In this document: one piece after another, positions 39,401-51,800 of the stretch
Numbering within the stretch: the first letter of the stretch is position 1
How the letters are laid out: each line of letters opens with the position of its first letter
Origin: Auanema rhodensis
Lineage: Eukaryota > Animalia > Nematoda
Reading direction: 5' to 3'
Length of the DNA: 64,000 nt
Assembly (NCBI GenBank): GCA_964057225.1
Contig: OZ059900.1
Coordinates: 4,960,001 to 5,024,000 of the forward strand
Translations under genes and position numbers: made by a program
Notes under the pieces: generated by a model
Seen by the model: only the letters and a program-made list of their open reading frames with translations
Told to the model about the DNA's origin: nothing
The model's database searches: none

Positions 39401-39689
39401 AGTTTAAAAAAAAATTTTTTTTCAATTCAGATGTTGAAACTCTTTAAAAATGTGTAATAAATCTTTTGAGAGTATCGTGAAAACAAGTTGGAAAAAAACT
39501 TTTTTTTGGACTTGGAAATTTTTTTTGGACTGTGAGCCATTCGCATGGCTTAATCCTTGAGGAAAGCTACAGCGCTGACAGATTCAATCAAGTTTTAAAA
39601 AAAAATTTTTTTTCAATTTAGATGTTGAAACTCTTTAAAAATGTGTAATAAATGTTTTGAGAGTATCGTGAAAACAAGTTGGAAAAAAA

Positions 39690-42600
39690 TTTTTTTTTGG
39701 ACTGTGAGCCATTCGCATGGCTTAATCCTTGAGGAAAGCTACAGCGCTGACAGATTCAATCAAGTTTAAAAAAAAAATTTTTTTCAATTCAGATGTTGAA
39801 ACTCTTTAAAAATGTGTAATAAATGTTTTAAGAGTATCGTGAAAACAAGTTGGAAAAAAAATTTTTTTTGGACTTGGAAATTTTTTTTGGACTGTGAGCC
39901 ATTCGCATGGCTTAATCCTTGAGGAAAGCTACAGCGCTGACAGATTCAATCAAGTTTAAAAAAAATTTTTTTTTCAATTCAAATGTTGACACTCTTTGAA
40001 AATGTGTAATAAATGTTTGGAGAGTATCGTGAAAACAAGTTGGAAAAAAACTTTTTTTTGGACTTGGAAATTTTTTTTGGACTTGGAAATTTTTTTTGGT
40101 CTGTGAGCCATTCGCATGGCTTAATCCTTGAGGAAAGCTACAGCGCTGACAGATTCAATCAAGTTTAAAAAAAATTTTTTTTTCAATTCAAATGTTGACA
40201 CTCTTTGAAAATGTGTAATAAATGTTTGGAGAGTATCGTGAAAACAAGTTGGAAAAAAAATTTTTTTTGGACTTGGAAATTTTTTTTGGACTGTGAGCCA
40301 TTCGCATGGCTTAATCCTTGAGGAAAGCTACAGCGCTGACAGATTCAATCAAGTTTAAAAAAAATTTTTTTTTCAATTCAAATGTTGACACTCTTTGAAA
40401 ATGTGTAATAAATGTTTGGAGAGTATCGTGAAAACAAGTTGGAAAAAAAATTTTTTTTGGACTTGGAAATTTTTTTTGGACTGTGAGCCATTCGCATGGC
40501 TTAATCCTTGAGGAAAGCTACAGCGCTGACAGATTCAATCAAGTTTAAAAAAAAAAATTTTTTTTTCAATTCAGATGTTGAAACTCTTTAAAAATGTGTA
40601 AAAAATGTTTTGAGAGTATCGTGAAAACAAGTTGGAAAAAAATTTTTTTTTGGACTTGGAAATTTTTTTTGGTCTGTGAGCCATTCGCATGGCTTAATCC
40701 TTGAGGAAAGCTACAGCGCTGACAGATTCAATCAAGTTTAAAAAAAAATTTTTTTTTCAATTCAGATGTTGAAACTCTTTAAAAATGTGTAATAAATGTT
40801 TTGAGAGTATCGTGAAAACAAGTTGGAAAAAAACTTTTTTTTGGACTTGGAAATTTTTTTTGGACTGTGAGCCATTCGCATGGCTTAATCCTTGAGGAAA
40901 GCTACAGCGCTGACAGATTCAATCAAGTTTAAAAAAAAAATTTTTTTTTCAATTCAGATGTTGAAACTCTTTAAAAATGTGTAATAAATCTTTTGAGAGT
41001 ATCGTGAAAACAAGTTGGAAAAAAACTTTTTTTTGGACTTGGAAATTTTTTTTGGACTGTGAGCCATTCGCATGGCTTAATCCTTGAGGAAAGCTACAGC
41101 GCTGACAGATTCAATCAAGTTTAAAAAAAAAATTTTTTTTCAATTCAGATGTTCAAACTCTTTAAAAATGTGTAATAAATGTTTTGAGAGTATCGTGAAA
41201 ACAAGTTGGAAAAAAATTTTTTTTTGGACTGTGAGCCATTCGCATGGCTTAATCCTTGAGGAAAGCTACAGCGCTGACAGATTTAATCAAGTTTAAAAAA
41301 AAATTTTTTTTCAATTCAGATGTTGAAACTCTTTAAAAATGTGTAATAAATGTTTTAAGAGTATCGTGAAAACAAGTTGGAAAAAAAATTTTTTTTTGGA
41401 CTGTGAGCCATTCGCATGGCTTAATCCTTGAGGAAAGCTACAGCGCTGACAGATTCAATCAAGTTTAAAAAAAAAAATTTTTTCAATTCAGATGTTGAAA
41501 CTCTTTAAAAATGTGTAATAAATGTTTTAAGAGTATCGTGAAAACAAGTTGGAAAAAAAATTTTTTTTGGACTTGGAAATTTTTTTTGGACTGTGAGCCA
41601 TTCGCATGGCTTAATCCTTGAGGAAAGCTACAGCGCTGACAGATTCAATCAAGTTTAAAAAAAATTTTTTTTTCAATTCAAATGTTGACACTCTTTGAAA
41701 ATGTGTAATAAATGTTTGGAGAGTATCGTGAAAACAAGTTGGAAAAAAACTTTTTTTTGGACTTGGAAATTTTTTTTGGACTTGGAAATTTTTTTTGGTC
41801 TGTGAGCCATTCGCATGGCTTAATCCTTGAGGAAAGCTACAGCGCTGACAGATTCAATCAAGTTTAAAAAAAATTTTTTTTTCAATTCAAATGTTGACAC
41901 TCTTTGAAAATGTGTAATAAATGTTTGGAGAGTATCGTGAAAACAAGTTGGAAAAAAAATTTTTTTTGGACTTGGAAATTTTTTTTGGACTGTGAGCCAT
42001 TCGCATGGCTTAATCCTTGAGGAAAGCTACAGCGCTGACAGATTCAATCAAGTTTAAAAAAAATTTTTTTTTCAATTCAAATGTTGACACTCTTTGAAAA
42101 TGTGTAATAAATGTTTGGAGAGTATCGTGAAAACAAGTTGGAAAAAAAATTTTTTTTGGACTTGGAAATTTTTTTTGGACTGTGAGCCATTCGCATGGCT
42201 TAATCCTTGAGGAAAGCTACAGCGCTGACAGATTCAATCAAGTTTAAAAAAAAAAATTTTTTTTTCAATTCAGATGTTGAAACTCTTTAAAAATGTGTAA
42301 AAAATGTTTTGAGAGTATCGTGAAAACAAGTTGGAAAAAAATTTTTTTTTGGACTTGGAAATTTTTTTTGGTCTGTGAGCCATTCGCATGGCTTAATCCT
42401 TGAGGAAAGCTACAGCGCTGACAGATTCAATCAAGTTTAAAAAAAAATTTTTTTTTCAATTCAGATGTTGAAACTCTTTAAAAATGTGTAATAAATGTTT
42501 TGAGAGTATCGTGAAAACAAGTTGGAAAAAAACTTTTTTTTGGACTTGGAAATTTTTTTTGGACTGTGAGCCATTCGCATGGCTTAATCCTTGAGGAAAG

Positions 42601-43055
42601 CTACAGCGCTGACAGATTCAATCAAGTTTAAAAAAAAAATTTTTTTTTCAATTCAGATGTTGAAACTCTTTAAAAATGTGTAATAAATCTTTTGAGAGTA
42701 TCGTGAAAACAAGTTGGAAAAAAACTTTTTTTTGGACTTGGAAATTTTTTTTGGACTGTGAGCCATTCGCATGGCTTAATCCTTGAGGAAAGCTACAGCG
42801 CTGACAGATTCAATCAAGTTTAAAAAAAAAATTTTTTTTCAATTCAGATGTTCAAACTCTTTAAAAATGTGTAATAAATGTTTTGAGAGTATCGTGAAAA
42901 CAAGTTGGAAAAAAATTTTTTTTTGGACTGTGAGCCATTCGCATGGCTTAATCCTTGAGGAAAGCTACAGCGCTGACAGATTTAATCAAGTTTAAAAAAA
43001 AATTTTTTTTCAATTCAGATGTTGAAACTCTTTAAAAATGTGTAATAAATGTTTT
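39690..43055. repeat. Local 9-mer HOR (L,XL,L,L,L,L,L,S,S), 1699-bp period, 2 copies, containing the only 209-bp monomers
   Basis: Monomer starts at 39831, 40021, 40230, 40420, 40613, 40804, 40996, 41187, 41358 and 41530. The double 19-bp module, ATGTTTGGAG, GTTCAAACTC and GATTTAATC recur at +1699. ORF-track hits 41084 and 42783 are also 1699 apart. Confidence 0.92.
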
Positions 43056-46000
43056 GAGAGTATCGTGAAAACAAGTTGGAAAAAAAATTTTTTTTGGACT
43101 TGGAAATTTTTTTTGGACTGTGAGCCTTTTGCATGGCTTAATCCTTGAGGAAAGCTACAGCGCTGACAGATTCAATCAAGTTTAAAAAAAAGTTTTTTTT
43201 CAATTCAGATGTTGAAACTCTTTAAAAATGTGTAATAAATCTTTTGAGAGTATCGTGAAAACAAGTTGGAAAAAAACTTTTTTTTGGACTTGGAAATTTT
43301 TTTTGGACTGTGAGCCATTCGCATGGCTCAATCCTTGAGGAAAGCTACAGCGCTGACAGATTCAATCAAGTTTAAAAAAAAAAATTTTTTTTTCAATTCA
43401 GATGTTGAAACTCTTTAAAAATGTGTAAAAAATGTTTTGAGAGTATCGTGAAAACAAGTTGGAAAAAAATTTTTTTTTGGACTTGGAAATTTTTTTTGGT
43501 CTGTGAGCCATTCGCATGGCTTAATCCTTGAGGAAAGCTACAGCGCTGACAGATTCAATCAAGTTTAAAAAAAAAATTTTTTTTCAATTCAGATGTTGAC
43601 ACTCTTTGAAAATGTGTAATAAATGTTTTGAGAGTATCGTGAAAACAAGTTGGAAAAAAACTTTTTTTTGGACTTGGAAATTTTTTTTGGACTGTGAGCC
43701 ATTCGCATGGCTTAATCCTTGAGGAAAGCTACAGCGCTGACAGATTCAATCAAGTTTAAGAAAAAATTTTTTTTCAATTCAGATGTTGACACTCTTTGAA
43801 AATGTGTAATAAATGTTTTGAGAGTATCGTGAAAACAAGTTGGAAAAAAATTTTTTTTTGGACTTGGAAATTTTTTTTGGACTGTGAGCCATTCGCATGG
43901 CTTAATCCTTGAGGAAAGCTACAGCGCTGACAGATTCAATCAAGTTTAAAAAAAATTTTTTTTTCAATTCAAATGTTGACACTCTTTGAAAATGTGTAAT
44001 AAATGTTTTGAGAGTATCGTGAAAACAAGTTGGAAAAAAATTTTTTTTTGGACTGTGAGTCATTCGCATGGCTTAATCCTTGAGGAAAGCTACAGCGCTG
44101 ACAGATTCAATCAAATTTAAAAAAAAATTTTTTTTCAATTCAGATGTTGACACTCTTTGAAAATGTGTAATAAATGTTTTGAGAGTATCGTGAAAACAAG
44201 TTGGAAAAAAACTTTTTATTGGACTTGGAAATTTTTTTTGGACTGTGAGCCATTCGCATGGCTCAATCCTTGAGGAAAGCTACAGCGCTGACAGATTCAA
44301 TCAAGTTTAAAAAAAAAAATTTTTTTTTCAATTCAGATGTTGAAACTCTTTAAAAATGTGTAAAAAATGTTTTGAGAGTATCGTGAAAACAAGTTGGAAA
44401 AAAATTTTTTTTTGGACTTGGAAATTTTTTTTGGACTGTGAGCCATTCGCATGGCTTAATCCTTGAGGAAAGCTACAGCGCTGACAGATTCAATCAAGTT
44501 TAAAAAAAAAAATTTTTTTTTCAATTCAGATGTTGAAACTCTTTAAAAATGTGTAATAAATGTTTTGAGAGTATCGTGAAAACAAGTTGGAAAAAAAATT
44601 TTTTTTGGACTTGGAAATTTTTTTTGGACTGTGAGCCTTTTGCATGGCTTAATCCTTGAGGAAAGCTACAGCGCTGACAGATTCAATCAAGTTTAAAAAA
44701 AATTTTTTTTTCAATTCAGATGTTGAAACTCTTTAAAAATGTGTAATAAATCTTTTGAGAGTATCGTGAAAACAAGTTGGAAAAAAACTTTTTTTTGGAC
44801 TTGGAAATTTTTTTTGGACTGTGAGCCATTCGCATGGCTCAATCCTTGAGGAAAGCTACAGCGCTGACAGATTCAATCAAGTTTAAAAAAAAAAATTTTT
44901 TTTTCAATTCAGATGTTGAAACTCTTTAAAAATGTGTAAAAAATGTTTTGAGAGTATCGTGAAAACAAGTTGGAAAAAAATTTTTTTTTGGACTTGGAAA
45001 TTTTTTTTGGTCTGTGAGCCATTCGCATGGCTTAATCCTTGAGGAAAGCTACAGCGCTGACAGATTCAATCAAGTTTAAAAAAAAAATTTTTTTTCAATT
45101 CAGATGTTGACACTCTTTGAAAATGTGTAATAAATGTTTTGAGAGTATCGTGAAAACAAGTTGGAAAAAAACTTTTTTTTGGACTTGGAAATTTTTTTTG
45201 GACTGTGAGCCATTCGCATGGCTTAATCCTTGAGGAAAGCTACAGCGCTGACAGATTCAATCAAGTTAAAAAAAAAATTTTTTTTTCAATTCAGATGTTG
45301 AAACTCTTTAAAAATGTGTAAAAAATGTTTTGAGAGTATCGTGAAAACAAGTTGGAAAAAATCTTTTTTTTGGACTTGGAAATTTTTTTTGGACTGTGAG
45401 CCATTCGCATGGCTTAATCCTTGAGGAAAGCTACAGCGCTGACAGATTCAATCAAGTTTAAAAAAAATTTTTTTTTCAATTCAGATGTTGACACTCTTTG
45501 AAAATGTGTAATAAATGTTTTGAGAGTATCGTGAAAACAAGTTGGAAAAAAATTTTTTTTTGGACTTGGAAATTTTTTTTGGACTGTGAGCCATTCGCAT
45601 GGCTTAATCCTTGAGGAAAGCTACAGCGCTGACAGATTCAATCAAGTTTAAAAAAAATTTTTTTTTCAATTCAAATGTTGACACTCTTTGAAAATGTGTA
45701 ATAAATGTTTTGAGAGTATCGTGAAAACAAGTTGGAAAAAAATTTTTTTTTGGACTGTGAGTCATTCGCATGGCTTAATCCTTGAGGAAAGCTACAGCGC
45801 TGACAGATTCAATCAAGTTTAAAAAAAATTTTTTTTTCAATTCAGATGTTGACACTCTTTGAAAATGTGTAATAAATGTTTTGAGAGTATCGTGAAAACA
45901 AGTTGGAAAAAAACTTTTTTTTGGACTTGGAAATTTTTTTTGGACTGTGAGCCATTCGCATGGCTTAATCCTTGAGGAAAGCTACAGCGCTGACAGATTC

Positions 46001-47570
46001 AATCAAGTTTAAGAAAAAATTTTTTTTCAATTCAGATGTTGACACTCTTTGAAAATGTGTAATAAATGTTTTGAGAGTATCGTGAAAACAAGTTGGAAAA
46101 AAATTTTTTTTTGGACTTGGAAATTTTTTTTGGACTGTGAGCCATTCGCATGGCTTAATCCTTGAGGAAAGCTACAGCGCTGACAGATTCAATCAAGTTT
46201 AAAAAAAATTTTTTTTTCAATTCAAATGTTGACACTCTTTGAAAATGTGTAATAAATGTTTTGAGAGTATCGTGAAAACAAGTTGGAAAAAAATTTTTTT
46301 TTGGACTGTGAGTCATTCGCATGGCTTAATCCTTGAGGAAAGCTACAGCGCTGACAGATTCAATCAAGTTTAAAAAAAAATTTTTTTTCAATTCAGATGT
46401 TGACACTCTTTGAAAATGTGTAATAAATGTTTTGAGAGTATCGTGAAAACAAGTTGGAAAAAAACTTTTTATTGGACTTGGAAATTTTTTTTGGACTGTG
46501 AGCCATTCGCATGGCTCAATCCTTGAGGAAAGCTACAGCGCTGACAGATTCAATCAAGTTTAAAAAAAAAAATTTTTTTTTCAATTCAGATGTTGAAACT
46601 CTTTAAAAATGTGTAAAAAATGTTTTGAGAGTATCGTGAAAACAAGTTGGAAAAAAATTTTTTTTTGGACTGTGAGCCATTCGCATGGCTTAATCCTTGA
46701 GGAAAGCTACAGCGCTGACAGATTCAATCAAGTTTAAAAAAAAAAATTTTTTTTTCAATTCAGATGTTGAAACTCTTTAAAAATGTGTAATAAATGTTTT
46801 GAGAGTATCGTGAAAACAAGTTGGAAAAAAAATTTTTTTTGGACTTGGAAATTTTTTTTGGACTGTGAGCCTTTTGCATGGCTTAATCCTTGAGGAAAGC
46901 TACAGCGCTGACAGATTCAATCAAGTTTAAAAAAAATTTTTTTTTCAATTCAGATGTTGAAACTCTTTAAAAATGTGTAATAAATCTTTTGAGAGTATCG
47001 TGAAAACAAGTTGGAAAAAAACTTTTTTTTGGACTTGGAAATTTTTTTTGGACTGTGAGCCATTCGCATGGCTCAATCCTTGAGGAAAGCTACAGCGCTG
47101 ACAGATTCAATCAAGTTTAAAAAAAAAAATTTTTTTTTCAATTCAGATGTTGAAACTCTTTAAAAATGTGTAAAAAATGTTTTGAGAGTATCGTGAAAAC
47201 AAGTTGGAAAAAAATTTTTTTTTGGACTTGGAAATTTTTTTTGGTCTGTGAGCCATTCGCATGGCTTAATCCTTGAGGAAAGCTACAGCGCTGACAGATT
47301 CAATCAAGTTTAAAAAAAAAATTTTTTTTCAATTCAGATGTTGACACTCTTTGAAAATGTGTAATAAATGTTTTGAGAGTATCGTGAAAACAAGTTGGAA
47401 AAAAACTTTTTTTTGGACTTGGAAATTTTTTTTGGACTGTGAGCCATTCGCATGGCTTAATCCTTGAGGAAAGCTACAGCGCTGACAGATTCAATCAAGT
47501 TAAAAAAAAAATTTTTTTTTCAATTCAGATGTTGAAACTCTTTAAAAATGTGTAAAAAATGTTTTGAGAG

Positions 47571-47678
47571 TATCGTGAAAACAAGTTGGAAAAAAACTTT
47601 TTTTTGGACTTGGAAATTTTTTTTGGACTGTGAGCCATTCGCATGGCTTAATCCTTTGTGTAAAAAATGTTTTGAGAG
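47571..47678. repeat. Truncated 108-bp satellite B monomer (~82 bp missing)
   Basis: GCTTAATCCTT is joined directly to TGTGTAAAAAATG at 47656/47657. Confidence 0.95.
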
Positions 47679-49249
47679 TATCGTGAAAACAAGTTGGAAA
47701 AAAATTTTTTTTTGGACTTGGAAATTTTTTTTGGACTGTGAGCCATTCGCATGGCTTAATCCTTGAGGAAAGCTACAGCGCTGACAGATTCAATCAAGTT
47801 TAAAAAAAAAAATTTTTTTTTCAATTCAGATGTTAAAACTCTTTAAAAATGTGTAATAAATGTTTTGAGAGTATCGTGAAAACAAGTTGGAAAAAAAATT
47901 TTTTTTGGACTTGGAAATTTTTTTTGGACTGTGAGCCTTTTGCATGGCTTAATCCTTGAGGAAAGCTACAGCGCTGACAGATTCAATCAAGTTTAAAAAA
48001 AATTTTTTTTTCAATTCAGATGTTGAAACTCTTTAAAAATGTGTAATAAATCTTTTGAGAGTATCGTGAAAACAAGTTGGAAAAAAACTTTTTTTTGGAC
48101 TTGGAAATTTTTTTTGGACTGTGAGCCATTCGCATGGCTCAATCCTTGAGGAAAGCTACAGCGCTGACAGATTCAATCAAGTTTAAAAAAAAAAATTTTT
48201 TTTTCAATTCAGATGTTGAAACTCTTTAAAAATGTGTAAAAAATGTTTTGAGAGTATCGTGAAAACAAGTTGGAAAAAAATTTTTTTTTGGACTTGGAAA
48301 TTTTTTTTGGTCTGTGAGCCATTCGCATGGCTTAATCCTTGAGGAAAGCTACAGCGCTGACAGATTCAATCAAGTTTAAAAAAAAAATTTTTTTTCAATT
48401 CAGATGTTGACACTCTTTGAAAATGTGTAATAAATGTTTTGAGAGTATCGTGAAAACAAGTTGGAAAAAAACTTTTTTTTGGACTTGGAAATTTTTTTTG
48501 GACTGTGAGCCATTCGCATGGCTTAATCCTTGAGGAAAGCTACAGCGCTGACAGATTCAATCAAGTTAAAAAAAAAATTTTTTTTTCAATTCAGATGTTG
48601 AAACTCTTTAAAAATGTGTAAAAAATGTTTTGAGAGTATCGTGAAAACAAGTTGGAAAAAAACTTTTTTTTGGACTTGGAAATTTTTTTTGGACTGTGAG
48701 CCATTCGCATGGCTTAATCCTTGAGGAAAGCTACAGCGCTGACAGATTCAATCAAGTTTAAAAAAAATTTTTTTTTCAATTCAGATGTTGACACTCTTTG
48801 AAAATGTGTAATAAATGTTTTGAGAGTATCGTGAAAACAAGTTGGAAAAAAATTTTTTTTTGGACTTGGAAATTTTTTTTGGACTGTGAGCCATTCGCAT
48901 GGCTTAATCCTTGAGGAAAGCTACAGCGCTGACAGATTCAATCAAGTTAAAAAAAAATTTTTTTTTCAATTCAAATGTTGACACTCTTTGAAAATGTGTA
49001 ATAAATGTTTTGAGAGTATCGTGAAAACAAGTTGGAAAAAAATTTTTTTTTGGACTGTGAGTCATTCGCATGGCTTAATCCTTGAGGAAAGCTACAGCGC
49101 TGACAGATTCAATCAAGTTTAAAAAAAAATTTTTTTTCAATTCAGATGTTGACACTCTTTGAAAATGTGTAATAAATGTTTTGAGAGTATCGTGAAAACA
49201 AGTTGGAAAAAAACTTTTTATTGGACTTGGAAATTTTTTTTGGACTGTG

Positions 49250-51800
49250 AGCCATTCGCATGGCTCAATCCTTGAGGAAAGCTACAGCGCTGACAGATTC
49301 AATCAAGTTTAAAAAAAAAAATTTTTTTTTCAATTCAGATGTTGAAACTCTTTGAAAATGTGTAATAAATGTTTTGAGAGTATCGTGAAAACAAGTTGGA
49401 AAAAAATTTTTTTTTGGACTGTGAGTCATTCGCATGGCTTAATCCTTGAGGAAAGCTACAGCGCTGACAGATTCAATCAAGTTTAAAAAAAAATTTTTTT
49501 TCAATTCAGATGTTGACACTCTTTGAAAATGTGTAATAAATGTTTTGAGAGTATCGTGAAAACAAGTTGGAAAAAAATTTTTTTTTGGACTTGGAAATTT
49601 TTTTTGGACTGTGAGCCATTCGCATGGCTTAATCCTTGAGGAAAGCTACAGCGCTGACAGATTCAATCAAGTTAAAAAAAAAATTTTTTTTTCAATTCAG
49701 ATGTTGAAACTCTTTAAAAATGTGTAAAAAATGTTTTGAGAGTATCGTGAAAACAAGTTGGAAAAAAACTTTTTTTTGGACTTGGAAATTTTTTTTGGAC
49801 TGTGAGCCATTCGCATGGCTTAATCCTTGAGGAAAGCTACAGCGCTGACAGATTCAATCAAGTTTAAAAAAAATTTTTTTTTCAATTCAGATGTTGACAC
49901 TCTTTGAAAATGTGTAATAAATGTTTTGAGAGTATCGTGAAAACAAGTTGGAAAAAAATTTTTTTTTGGACTTGGAAATTTTTTTTGGACTGTGAGCCAT
50001 TCGCATGGCTTAATCCTTGAGGAAAGCTACAGCGCTGACAGATTCAATCAAGTTTAAAAAAAATTTTTTTTTCAATTCAAATGTTGACACTCTTTGAAAA
50101 TGTGTAATAAATGTTTTGAGAGTATCGTGAAAACAAGTTGGAAAAAAATTTTTTTTTGGACTGTGAGTCATTCGCATGGCTTAATCCTTGAGGAAAGCTA
50201 CAGCGCTGACAGATTCAATCAAGTTTAAAAAAAAATTTTTTTTCAATTCAGATGTTGACACTCTTTGAAAATGTGTAATAAATGTTTTGAGAGTATCGTG
50301 AAAACAAGTTGGAAAAAAACTTTTTATTGGACTTGGAAATTTTTTTTGGACTGTGAGCCATTCGCATGGCTCAATCCTTGAGGAAAGCTACAGCGCTGAC
50401 AGATTCAATCAAGTTTAAAAAAAAAAATTTTTTTTTCAAATCAGATGTTGAAACTCTTTAAAAATGTGTAAAAAATGTTTTGAGAGTATCGTGAAAACAA
50501 GTTGGAAAAAAATTTTTTTTTGGACTGTGAGCCATTCGCATGGCTCAATCCTTGAGGAAAGCTACAGCGCTGACAGATTCAATCAAGTTTAAAAAAAAAA
50601 TTTTTTTTTCAATTCAGATGTTGAAACTCTTTGAAAATGTGTAATAAATGTTTTGAGAGTATCGTGAAAACAAGTTGGAAAAAAATTTTTTTTTGGACTG
50701 TGAGTCATTCGCATGGCTTAATCCTTGAGGAAAGCTACAGCGCTGACAGATTCAATCAAGTTTAAAAAAAAATTTTTTTTCAATTCAGATGTTGACACTC
50801 TTTGAAAATGTGTAATAAATGTTTTGAGAGTATCGTGAAAACAAGTTGGAAAAAAATTTTTTTTTGGACTTGGAAATTTTTTTTGGACTGTGAGCCATTC
50901 GCATGGCTTAATCCTTGAGGAAAGCTACAGCGCTGACAGATTCAATCAAGTTAAAAAAAAAATTTTTTTTTCAATTCAGATGTTGAAACTCTTTAAAAAT
51001 GTGTAAAAAATGTTTTGAGAGTATCGTGAAAACAAGTTGGAAAAAAACTTTTTTTTGGACTTGGAAATTTTTTTTGGACTGTGAGCCATTCGCATGGCTT
51101 AATCCTTGAGGAAAGCTACAGCGCTGACAGATTCAATCAAGTTTAAAAAAAATTTTTTTTTCAATTCAGATGTTGACACTCTTTGAAAATGTGTAATAAA
51201 TGTTTTGAGAGTATCGTGAAAACAAGTTGGAAAAAAATTTTTTTTTGGACTTGGAAATTTTTTTTGGACTGTGAGCCATTCGCATGGCTTAATCCTTGAG
51301 GAAAGCTACAGCGCTGACAGATTCAATCAAGTTTAAAAAAAATTTTTTTTTCAATTCAAATGTTGACACTCTTTGAAAATGTGTAATAAATGTTTTGAGA
51401 GTATCGTGAAAACAAGTTGGAAAAAAATTTTTTTTTGGACTGTGAGTCATTCGCATGGCTTAATCCTTGAGGAAAGCTACAGCGCTGACAGATTCAATCA
51501 AGTTTAAAAAAAAATTTTTTTTCAATTCAGATGTTGACACTCTTTGAAAATGTGTAATAAATGTTTTGAGAGTATCGTGAAAACAAGTTGGAAAAAAACT
51601 TTTTATTGGACTTGGAAATTTTTTTTGGACTGTGAGCCATTCGCATGGCTCAATCCTTGAGGAAAGCTACAGCGCTGACAGATTCAATCAAGTTTAAAAA
51701 AAAAAATTTTTTTTTCAAATCAGATGTTGAAACTCTTTAAAAATGTGTAAAAAATGTTTTGAGAGTATCGTGAAAACAAGTTGGAAAAAAATTTTTTTTT
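49250..51800. repeat. Local 7-mer HOR (4L+3S), 1279-bp period, 2 copies
   Basis: Recombinant GTTGAAACTCTTTGAAAA at 49341 and 50620, and CAAATCAG at 50437 and 51716, both +1279. Confidence 0.87.
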
